A stretch of DNA of 35,634 nt from a virus (Duplodnaviria > Caudoviricetes), in IMG/VR virus record IMGVR_UViG_3300032292_000997, positions 1 through 35,634 of that record; one strand, given 5' to 3'. Below are positions 9,310 through 18,600 of this stretch, piece after piece (the stretch's first letter is position 1; every line of letters begins with the position of its first letter). Below the pieces are notes generated by a model that saw nothing but the letters and a program-made list of their open reading frames with translations, did not search any database and had not been told where the DNA came from. The position numbers and the translations under genes are program-made.

Positions 9310-10773
9310 TTACTTAGTTTTAGAAGCCAAAAATAAACTGAGAAATGGGTGGCTAGATTTTACAGGAAAAGCCAAAGAGGTATTAGAATTTGTAATTTGC
9401 AAATCTGATGTTTTTTTAATTAATATATTTCTATACCTCGAAACTAAAGAAGAAACTGTATTTCTACTTTCTCTTTGCATTTCATTAATATTATAACTAG
9501 ATCCATATAAATAATCAAATAAAAACATTTTATTACCAGGATCTGATCCAGTAGCACTTTTATTTGATAAACTAATTGTATAGTTTTTAATTGCTCCTGT
9601 ATTCAAAGTTTTATCAGCCAGAACCCATGCCTGAAAAGTTAACACTCCATTTACATAAGTCTCGAAATATAACTGATTACTATTCGCAAATGTGCTAGTA
9701 GGAGCAATATAAGATCGCATTTCAACAAAAAACATACAAAAATTTTTATAATTTGTTGACGAACCGCTTTTCGTAACAACAACATCTGTTAATGCTGTAG
9801 GAGATGCTAAATTAGTAGGTAAATTATATAAATTAAAAGGTCTTAAATCATTAAAAATAACATTTGTATAAGGAATTGTACCATCAGCACCATTTTTTGG
9901 GTCAAAATAAAAATTAGAATTTGGATTTAGTAATGACCTATCACCATTTTTACCCCTGTAAACACCTGGAGTAGTTTCATTACTATAATTGTTAAAATAT
10001 ACTGAAGAATTTAATGAACCTGCTGTAAAAACTGCTTTACCCAATGTTACTTCTTGAGCATTTACAACCGCACTTGAAAGACCAAAATTATAAACATCAT
10101 CAGCAGAGCCATCACTCTCAGTCTGCAAAAATTTATGAATAATTGCGGTTTCTAATATTTTTTTAAAATCAGTATAAATATTTCCTGATGTACTTGTGTT
10201 TGCTAAAGCAAATACTAAAACAGCATAACTAGGAGAATAATCTGGAAATAATAAAAAAGAATTATTACTTATACTTTTATTATATCCTAATTCATAAAAA
10301 TATTTTCCATAAGCAGTTGCAGAAGTTAAACAACCACTATCACCCACCAAATTAGCACTACCAGCTTTAACTTCAGAATCCCCAGACCAAGTGTTAGTAG
10401 AAACATTATCTGAATTCAAAGAATCTGTAGTAAATTTAAATTTTAAATTTGAATTAGAGTAAATGTTTCTTTTAAAATTAAAATAAATATTAGGAAAAGA
10501 AGCTGAATTTGAATTCACGCCTCCACTTGAAGTATCGCTTCCTTGCGGATTGGCTGTAATGTTTGGATTAGTTGGATTTGAAGTACCATTAGAAGGAATA
10601 ATATCAGGTGGAGTATTTACATTTGCGCCTGCATTACCTCCATTATTTGGTGGAGGATTGTTTGTGATAGCGATATCATTATCTGCCTGTACATCTCCAT
10701 TTGGATTTACAGAAACTGAACCGTTAACACGCGAATATTTTCTAACAAATTGTCCTTGTTCGTTAAATGCCAT
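9310..10773 (-). CDS. Hypothetical virion protein; N/P/G low-complexity N-terminal linker then beta-rich (possibly lectin-like) domain
   Basis: Long ORF in the tip operon. ATG 10773 (MAFNEQG) lies 4 nt after the upstream stop and is preferred to the track's 10812. Confidence 0.7.
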   Translation of the reverse strand: MAFNEQGQFVRKYSRVNGSVSVNPNGDVQADNDIAITNNPPPNNGGNAGANVNTPPDIIPSNGTSNPTNPNITANPQGSDTSSGGVNSNSASFPNIYFNFKRNIYSNSNLKFKFTTDSLNSDNVSTNTWSGDSEVKAGSANLVGDSGCLTSATAYGKYFYELGYNKSISNNSFLLFPDYSPSYAVLVFALANTSTSGNIYTDFKKILETAIIHKFLQTESDGSADDVYNFGLSSAVVNAQEVTLGKAVFTAGSLNSSVYFNNYSNETTPGVYRGKNGDRSLLNPNSNFYFDPKNGADGTIPYTNVIFNDLRPFNLYNLPTNLASPTALTDVVVTKSGSSTNYKNFCMFFVEMRSYIAPTSTFANSNQLYFETYVNGVLTFQAWVLADKTLNTGAIKNYTISLSNKSATGSDPGNKMFLFDYLYGSSYNINEMQRESRNTVSSLVSRYRNILIKKTSDLQITNSNTSLAFPVKSSHPFLSLFLASKTK

Positions 10774-10777
10774 ATAA

Positions 10778-12190
10778 TTAAGGTTTTGATAATTGCTGCA
10801 CATCAACATCATCTAAATTTTCAAAAGATTTACCATCCAATTTTACTACATTAACATTACTAGTTGTTTCATCTGTAATCAACCAACCTTTACTTCCGCC
10901 TGGACCACCATAAAATATACTATTTAGATCTTTATATAGTCTAAATTCTAAACTTCTGCTGCTATAAGTATAAGCGTCAAAATTTAAACAAGGACCACCG
11001 TTTTGAGCGTCTATATATGTTCCATCGCTTTTCCAAGTTAATCCTGCTCCACCTTTTCCTAAAACAGCAATATTATCAAATTCTAGTTCAACTGTAAAAA
11101 TATTACTTCCATTAGCAGCATATCTAAAACTGTCAGCATTAGGAACAACAAAATTAAGACCGCCGCTTCCTGTTACTGTTGCGATATATTTACATAAAGT
11201 ATCTGTTTTAGAAGAGAATTTAATATTAACTCCAGAATATCTTCTGAAATCCGGGGAGTTATTATTATTTTGCTTCATGAAAGTATAAATATTAAAATTT
11301 TCTTCATAATCGTCATTTCTGCTTAAATATAATATTGTTGCATCAGATCGTAAATTTGCGCCGGGATTAGGATATAAACCAGAAATTCCTGTTGTTTCTA
11401 ATATTGGGTCTTCATAAGAATATCCTGTTGGATATGAATAAGGACCGTCTTCATTTTCAAAATTAAACCCTCTTATTCTGGCATAATAATCTTGACCTAT
11501 GTCTAATGATGTCATAGCATAAGAAAAATCTGTATCTACAAAACCATTATAATCCCCATAATTCGGTTTATTAGGATCACTATTCAACGGAACATTATAA
11601 TTATAGCTTGACACCAAAGTAGAAAAACTGGAATCAGCATATAACCCTAATTCAAAATATTTTATATAATTTGTTGGATATAAAGAATTCCAATGGAAAT
11701 TTAATTTATACGCTGCACTTTCAGAATAACTTTTGACAGCATAAAATTTACCAATTCTTAGCGGTTGAGGATTATCAAATACTCTTTGCCCTGTGATATC
11801 AACGACTATAGGTAAATCTGAATCGCCAGCAGATGAGACAGTTTGAATAGTTATTGTTGCTTTTTCTAATCCAGTCGATTGATTGCCAGCTGTAAAACCA
11901 GTAAACGGTCTATGTAAAACATAAAAAGTTGCTGACTCACTAGGATTTGCAGATAAAACATAACTATCATCATCTGTGTTTTCTGTAGTTCTAGTATCTG
12001 AAATATATAAAGTATTTGTATTGGCTCCAGCAGCTATGCTGCCACCCGCAACTCCAATTAAAGTAGTATCAGATATAGTTGCTGTATACGTAACAGAAAA
12101 ATTACCAGAATTAGTTAAAACCAATCCCGTATATCCGCCAAAACCAGTTGGCACTTTATCTAGATATTTACCTGTATAATATGTACTCAT
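10778..12190 (-). CDS. Tail accessory protein with FN3-like domain and Gly-rich C-terminal domain
   Basis: LNFHWN...YFELGLY...LDIGQDYYARIRGFN...GPYS is FN3-like; VLGKGGAG...NGGPCL...GGPGG. Start 12190 gives an ATGA overlap with the upstream stop (12187-12189). Confidence 0.75.
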   Translation of the reverse strand: MSTYYTGKYLDKVPTGFGGYTGLVLTNSGNFSVTYTATISDTTLIGVAGGSIAAGANTNTLYISDTRTTENTDDDSYVLSANPSESATFYVLHRPFTGFTAGNQSTGLEKATITIQTVSSAGDSDLPIVVDITGQRVFDNPQPLRIGKFYAVKSYSESAAYKLNFHWNSLYPTNYIKYFELGLYADSSFSTLVSSYNYNVPLNSDPNKPNYGDYNGFVDTDFSYAMTSLDIGQDYYARIRGFNFENEDGPYSYPTGYSYEDPILETTGISGLYPNPGANLRSDATILYLSRNDDYEENFNIYTFMKQNNNNSPDFRRYSGVNIKFSSKTDTLCKYIATVTGSGGLNFVVPNADSFRYAANGSNIFTVELEFDNIAVLGKGGAGLTWKSDGTYIDAQNGGPCLNFDAYTYSSRSLEFRLYKDLNSIFYGGPGGSKGWLITDETTSNVNVVKLDGKSFENLDDVDVQQLSKP

Positions 12191-14055
12191 GAACTCCAAC
12201 TTATTATAGTATTAAATACACTAGTGGCTACTGACGGAGCTTTAGTTTCAATTAGTTTTATATTTATATCATTATTATTTAGAAAATTATATGCATGACT
12301 CCATTCTGGACAAAAAACATTGATTGTTTTATTATATGGTTGAGGCAAATTGTATTCAAAAATCTTAAAACCAGCTTTATCGTCTAAAAACTTTAACAAA
12401 GCTCTTGCTTCTGCGTTGGATCTTTTCTCGAAAGCAACATTAAACTCCAACATATTATAATTAATACCGTCTTTTTCATATTCAATTGTTGAATTTTTTA
12501 AATCATTCACCGCTAATCTCAATGATGAATTTATATCATAATTTATATCACCTTTAAAATAAAACTTATTAGTAAACCAAGATTGATTACCAGTTGGACT
12601 ATTTTGTGGTGGTATAGTTAAAGGTCCAGTTACCCCACTATTTGACTGACTAAAACCAGATCCAGTATAGTAATAATATCCTCTTTTATTATAAGCGTTA
12701 TTAGGATAATAAAAAACATCATTGTAAGCTAATTCATAAACTTCATCTGTATAAGTTCTAATATTAATTTCATCTAATTGAACAAGCATTCCTTTATAAT
12801 CTAATGAGCTATCATATAAAGATTCTGCTTCAACTGTAATATCATTTATATTATTATAAACAGTTTTATGGGATGCTGTTTTAAAATAAAGTTCAGCATT
12901 GTTTTTATATGGATTAAATAAATCTATCTCAACACCTTTAAAACCTTCATATAAACTTTTATTTTCAGTTTCTGGACAATTTTCAAAATAAGCCAACAAA
13001 CATTTTGCCTGTTCATCTGTTAAACCATTATAATTAATCTGAAATCTAGTTTGTAAAGTATTTATATTCTTTGCAACATTAGAACGATAACCATCGCCCA
13101 TTTCTAAACTAGATAGATTAGACGAAAAAGAAGCATTAGAACCATATGAAATTTTAAACAACTCATCAATATCTTGAGTCCAATATAAATTACCTGTATA
13201 TGTTAATGGAGCGTAAGCCTCACCAACTGGCACGTTTTGTTTAGCAAAATAAAGTCTATTGCTGTCAAAATATTTTTCATATAAATACTTTTCATAATAA
13301 TCTATTTCTGTTTCTGACAACACGCCAGTAAAATGAATTAATTCATAATATTTTAAACCAGTCGTTCCAGTATTATTTCCCAATATTAAAGAATTAGCAC
13401 TCCAATTTGAATTGTAACTACTGTAAGTGCCTATTTCATAACCATTTTGTCTTACTTTAATACTACTTGTCGATGGATTCTGAACTATTGTAAAAATATT
13501 TTTAGTATCATATACCGAACAAACAGCATTAAATTGTTGATTATCTAATATAACTTTAGCAGAACCATTTGTGTTAGCTCCGCTTACTTGAAAAATACCA
13601 TTAGTGTCACCAGAAGCATTACAAAAATGAAATATTTTTTGTTTATAATCTGGAGTTACTCTATCTGCAATTTCAACCATGGTAATAAACGTTCTTGAAC
13701 TAGAAGCAAATCCAGTTCCGCTCAACAACTGAGCGCCTGTTAAATCAAGATAGTATTCATTAAAATTAACAAAAGGTCTTAAATTTTCATTTGAACTTAT
13801 TTGAGTTAAATTTCCACTAAGAGGAACTAAGTTTAACCAACCAGTGACATTGAACTCCGTATCAACATTAAAAGATTTTAAATCATCATTATTAAACCAA
13901 CTTGTTAAACCAGTCATGCCAAAACCGGTATAAGAAGGGTAAACAGAAATACCTGTAACTAACTTATAATCAACAATAGAATATTTCGAATATGAATTAT
14001 TACTGTCATATTCAAAAATATTTTTTATATTCAGACCTGAAATTATTGAACTCAT
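12187..14055 (-). CDS. Distal tail protein with two lambda gpM-like domains and an N-terminal LamG-like domain
   Basis: Copy 1: EMGDGYRSNVAKNINTL...LTDEQAKCLLAYFE. Copy 2: EKDGINYNML...RSNAEARALLKFLDDKAGFKIFEYNLPQP...VFCPEWS. LamG-like LTSWF...VTGW...YELIHFTGVLSETEI..YEKYLYEKY. Confidence 0.8.
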   Translation of the reverse strand: MSSIISGLNIKNIFEYDSNNSYSKYSIVDYKLVTGISVYPSYTGFGMTGLTSWFNNDDLKSFNVDTEFNVTGWLNLVPLSGNLTQISSNENLRPFVNFNEYYLDLTGAQLLSGTGFASSSRTFITMVEIADRVTPDYKQKIFHFCNASGDTNGIFQVSGANTNGSAKVILDNQQFNAVCSVYDTKNIFTIVQNPSTSSIKVRQNGYEIGTYSSYNSNWSANSLILGNNTGTTGLKYYELIHFTGVLSETEIDYYEKYLYEKYFDSNRLYFAKQNVPVGEAYAPLTYTGNLYWTQDIDELFKISYGSNASFSSNLSSLEMGDGYRSNVAKNINTLQTRFQINYNGLTDEQAKCLLAYFENCPETENKSLYEGFKGVEIDLFNPYKNNAELYFKTASHKTVYNNINDITVEAESLYDSSLDYKGMLVQLDEINIRTYTDEVYELAYNDVFYYPNNAYNKRGYYYYTGSGFSQSNSGVTGPLTIPPQNSPTGNQSWFTNKFYFKGDINYDINSSLRLAVNDLKNSTIEYEKDGINYNMLEFNVAFEKRSNAEARALLKFLDDKAGFKIFEYNLPQPYNKTINVFCPEWSHAYNFLNNNDINIKLIETKAPSVATSVFNTIISWSS

Positions 14056-14849
14056 TATATTAATGTTTTCTTTTCTGTTACAAGCTGTTCGATTTTAGCA
14101 GATGCTAATAAGAATCCACCTTCACTTGATTCATAACTTTGATTATTTAATATGCCGCTTACATTAAATGTATTCAAAGTTGTACCATACATATCTTGCA
14201 GTATAATTTGGCAAACTGCCATTTTACCAGTTATATCTATTAAATTACCTAAATCATTCGAACTTAGATTTACTGATACATTTTTATTTAATTTAGCAAC
14301 ACGGAAAGGAAATTTTTCTTCTACATTAAAAAACGCAGGACGATCGCATGAAGATTCATAACTGAAATTAGTTATATATTCAACCCCTGATAAGCTTTGT
14401 TTGTTTATATAAGATTTATAACCGTTTGCTATATACTCAGGAACAGCAATTGCATCTTTTTGACCTTGATTATTTTCTTGAAAACTTTGAACACTTACAT
14501 TTCCATACCAATCAAAATTTGCTGAAATTAAAATTGGATTAAAAGGTTCAACTGAAAAACTAATAGATTTAGGATATAAACCAGAAATTAAAACACTAGC
14601 AAATCTACCAGACACTGGAGTTTCACTTGTTCCTGTTATATTTAAATATTGAGGTATAGCTCCCGTTAAGTAAAAATCTGCCGATAAACTACCAACAACT
14701 GCTCCATCAGGCGCATAATTTAACAATGTTCCATCATTTAATACTACAGCTGGAGTTGTAGCTTGTGCTGAAATACTAATTTTAGAAGCATAATAAGTTT
14801 CATTTTGCAATGAAAAGCTTGTATTTCGATAATTTAAAAAACTAGCCAT
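14055..14849 (-). CDS. Tail-tube-fold structural protein (distant paralogue of the major tail protein)
   Basis: Beta-strand pattern aligns by eye with 14885-15697 and 28169-29422 (KSISFSVE...SANFDWYG; ITNFSYESSCDRPAFFNV); lies downstream of the TMP. Confidence 0.55.
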   Translation of the reverse strand: MASFLNYRNTSFSLQNETYYASKISISAQATTPAVVLNDGTLLNYAPDGAVVGSLSADFYLTGAIPQYLNITGTSETPVSGRFASVLISGLYPKSISFSVEPFNPILISANFDWYGNVSVQSFQENNQGQKDAIAVPEYIANGYKSYINKQSLSGVEYITNFSYESSCDRPAFFNVEEKFPFRVAKLNKNVSVNLSSNDLGNLIDITGKMAVCQIILQDMYGTTLNTFNVSGILNNQSYESSEGGFLLASAKIEQLVTEKKTLI

Positions 14850-14884
14850 TTTATTATTATGCTAAAAAATATATCAATTTAAAA

Positions 14885-15697
14885 TTAATCTATATATGTT
14901 TTATATGATACTTTTACACTTAATACATCATCTGCACTAGAACTAACTTCTTCACTAACTATTTTTGAATTAGTTCCTGTAAAAGCAAAAATAACTTCAT
15001 TAGTTTTACCTACTCTAACAATAAAAGATGTATTAACATTACTAGTTAAATCATCAAATACTTTTTTTGTTTCATAATCATCAATATCTAGAGTAAATGA
15101 ACCAACGACTTCAATTGGAAAAACACTATGAACTTCTATTGGATATTCAGCATTACTACCAGTTAAACCGTAGATTGGATTTTTTGGACAATTAAAATCT
15201 ATATTGAAATCTTTTACTCTATTTGTTGATGAATCGCGACAAGTCACTGTTATGTCTTTAACCTGTGGAACAAAAATAGAATTGGCAGCATTATTTCCTG
15301 AAGGATTTGTGACTGGTCCAATATTGCCATATATGTCAAACTGAGATGCGATTTGAGGAACTTCGCCAACAGAACAACTAACAGATAAAGATTTTAAATA
15401 AGCTCCAGAAAAAGAAAAATAAGTATTATTATAATATAAACCGCCGCTTGTTGATTTAGCTAAATAATTTGGTCCATCACCAGTTAAACTAAAAATAGGA
15501 TCATTATTAATTAAATATCTATTTATAGATAAACTTGCAGTCGGCACAGAAGCAATAACTTGTTTAACAAAACCTTTACCTAAAATATTAATTGGCTTAT
15601 AATCTAAACTATAAGAACCATCAACACTAGAAATGCCAGATATTGCTACACCTTCTAAATAGAAAGTATTTTCATAATTTGTAATAGCGTTTTTCAT
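14885..15697 (-). CDS. Tail-tube-fold structural protein (paralogue of the major tail protein; tube initiator/Dit-like)
   Basis: PINILGK...VPTASLSINRY and SCSVGEVPQ align with DINEFGK...SPTVGLDFSYY and EAAVGAIPT of 28169-29422; ATGA overlap with the TMP stop. Confidence 0.65.
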   Translation of the reverse strand: MKNAITNYENTFYLEGVAISGISSVDGSYSLDYKPINILGKGFVKQVIASVPTASLSINRYLINNDPIFSLTGDGPNYLAKSTSGGLYYNNTYFSFSGAYLKSLSVSCSVGEVPQIASQFDIYGNIGPVTNPSGNNAANSIFVPQVKDITVTCRDSSTNRVKDFNIDFNCPKNPIYGLTGSNAEYPIEVHSVFPIEVVGSFTLDIDDYETKKVFDDLTSNVNTSFIVRVGKTNEVIFAFTGTNSKIVSEEVSSSADDVLSVKVSYKTYID

Positions 15698-18600
15698 GAA
15701 GAGTAAGAAGAGCCTCTACCTAAAGCACCGCCTGATCTTTTTGCATCACTGATTCTTGCATCTGCAATTTTTGAGACAACCGTCGCTAACTGTTTACTAA
15801 ATTGATAATCGTTATTACTATAATTATTACCAGATTCACCAATTACAGTTGTTCCTGATTTATCAATATTGATAGCAATATTTGTTGAATTCGTGCTGTT
15901 ATTTGTTGTATTAGATACTCCACTCGTTGAGCCACCAGATTGCATACCAACAGATGGCATCATCATATATTTTTTATTCATATTATTATTCATCAAATTA
16001 ATACCGCCTGACATATAACGTGGAACATTATCAGATATTCTAGAACCATATGGTATAAAACCACCAGATTGGTAACCAACTAAACCTCCAGTTTGACGCC
16101 TTGGCATATTTGATGAAATCACATCTCTACCAGAACTTAAAACATTTGGAAACAAATTACCAAACATATTTTGATTACGAGTTTGTCCAAAAATAGACTG
16201 AATGTTAGCATAACCAGATAATCCCGTTACTTTGCCAAACTTATTTGGATCCACCATATATCCATATTTAGCTATATCTCTTCCCACAGCAAGACCTTTT
16301 AAAGATTGACCATTGACTAATATTTCATTGCTATTTTTACTAAGAAATCTTCCTAATGCATAATTACTACCTTTCATTGCTTGATCTAATCCTTTTTGCA
16401 CCTCTGGAGTTGCAGCTGTAATTGTTTGTTTACCAACTTCAGCCCCAGAACTAATCGCTGTACTGGCTCCAGCTGCTCCCGCTTGGGCTCCTTTTGCGCT
16501 TTCACCCGCTGCGGAAGCAGCAGCGACTCCCGCCATACCAACAGATAATGAAATACTACCAACTGCCCCCATAATAGATGTCATCAATTGTAAGTTTTTA
16601 ACCTTATCTTGATAAACTTTTTGTATTCTTTCTTGTTCAGCTTGTATTGCTTTTTCACGCATATCTTTAAAATATGTATCTTCCGCATATGCATAAGAAG
16701 TATAATCTTCAATATTTATAGGCTTATTAGCTTGACCGCTTTCCATTAACATTCCTGAATATTTTAATTCATCTCCTACTAAAGTTTGTTCAGCAGATAA
16801 ACCAAAACCACCACCACTTTGAAAACGAGGTGCCATTCCATAATTTAAACTATGTAAATTATTTACTCCAATAGCAGAAACCGCTTCTCTATTTAATACA
16901 TATTCACCATCTTCTAATAATGCTAAATTTCTATCTCCAGTTCTGTTGCCGGGTATATATGCACCATTTTCAGCACGAATAATACCGCCTCTTTGTTTAC
17001 CAACGATTCCTCCGTTTTGAAATAAACCACTACCAATAGAACCAATAGCTCTATACATAGCTGCTCTCATAACTTCTTGCATTAACATTTGACCAAAATT
17101 TATTGCCATATCAGAAAACGCATCACCAATCGATTTTGTTCCTTTTGCGACTTCCATTAAAGCATTTGTCATACCATCTGCAAAAGCAGAAGGAGCTTTT
17201 TCTGCTAAATCCAATATAATTTGATCTGATTGTTTAGCCATATTGCCAAAACCTTTTTCAAGTCTACCCATTATTGTTGTGTTTAATCTTTCGTTTTCTT
17301 GTTTAATTCTAATATCTTCATCTACAGTTTGTCTTTGTATGCCTAATATTTTTTCTCTTGTTTCGTATTGTTTTTTCAATAATTCAACTTGGGATTTTAA
17401 TACTGGATTTCCTTTTGCTAATTCAGAAAGTTGAGTGAAATCAAGTACTGGTGCATTTGCACCTAATGCGCCAGCTGAACCAAGTTTTGATTGATTTTGA
17501 GCTTGTAAATAAGCTTGATATTTTCTATATGTACCAGCACCAAAATTATTATCAATAGCTTCAGGACTAAAATTTCCTGCATATTGAGATTTAATTAAAT
17601 TAACATTAGACTCTCCGCCTAATTCTTCAACTAATTTACTACTTATCCATTCATTCATTACCTGTGTCAATTTTTCCAATGCATTTGTATTTTGAATTTC
17701 AGCAGCAAGTTGTAATTGAGCTTGAGCCATTTCTGTGGCTAAATTTTGATCTTCCATTCTTCTTTGTTCCTCAAGAACTTTATTTTCTATACCTATTCTT
17801 CTTTCCAAACTTTCCCTAACACCCATTCCATATTCTTGGCGAGGATCTTCTAATCCTCTTCTTAAAGCGGCAATATATGATTCAGAATTAGCTTTTGCAA
17901 TGTCGATGGCGAAACCTAAATTTTTAGCAGTAATTTCTGCCTCTTTTATTCTAGTAAAATTTTCTTTTTGAATTCTATTACTCTCAACTGAATATTGTAA
18001 TTCGGCTGCAATTTTTAATCTATTTAAATCTTGTTTTATTTGTAATTCTTTTTCTGCGTTTTGTTGATCTAAATCTAATTTTGTTTTTTCTCTTTGTGCT
18101 TGTGCAAGTGTTCTTTTGATTTCGTCTTGCTCAAATTTGCTTTTTGCAAACTCACTTGCTCTTAACGCATTGCTTAGAGCATCTGTTATTTGAGTAAATT
18201 GATCTACAATTGCTTGTCTTTGACCTTCTGGAGCAGCTGCTACTTGGGTTTCCATAGCAGTTCTCGCAGATTGTTGAAAAGCAGCTACATCTTTAGCTTC
18301 TTGTAAATTTAAATTTTCTATTTTTAAACCTAATTTATTTTCACTCAATAATCCTTGAAATTCTTTTACTCTTTGATCTTTAATCTGGTCACTTATATTT
18401 TTAACATTTATACTTTCATACTTACCACTCTGAAGTTCTTTTAAAACTTTATCTCTAAAAAGCGCAGCATTTTCCTGTGAAGTCAACATCGAGTCTTTAA
18501 ATACTTTCGTTAACTCTTTTGTATTTTTCTGTAGAAAATCTGATCTTTCTTTGTTTTGTTGTATTTGAAATGATGCATAATCATCATTTAATTTAGTCAA

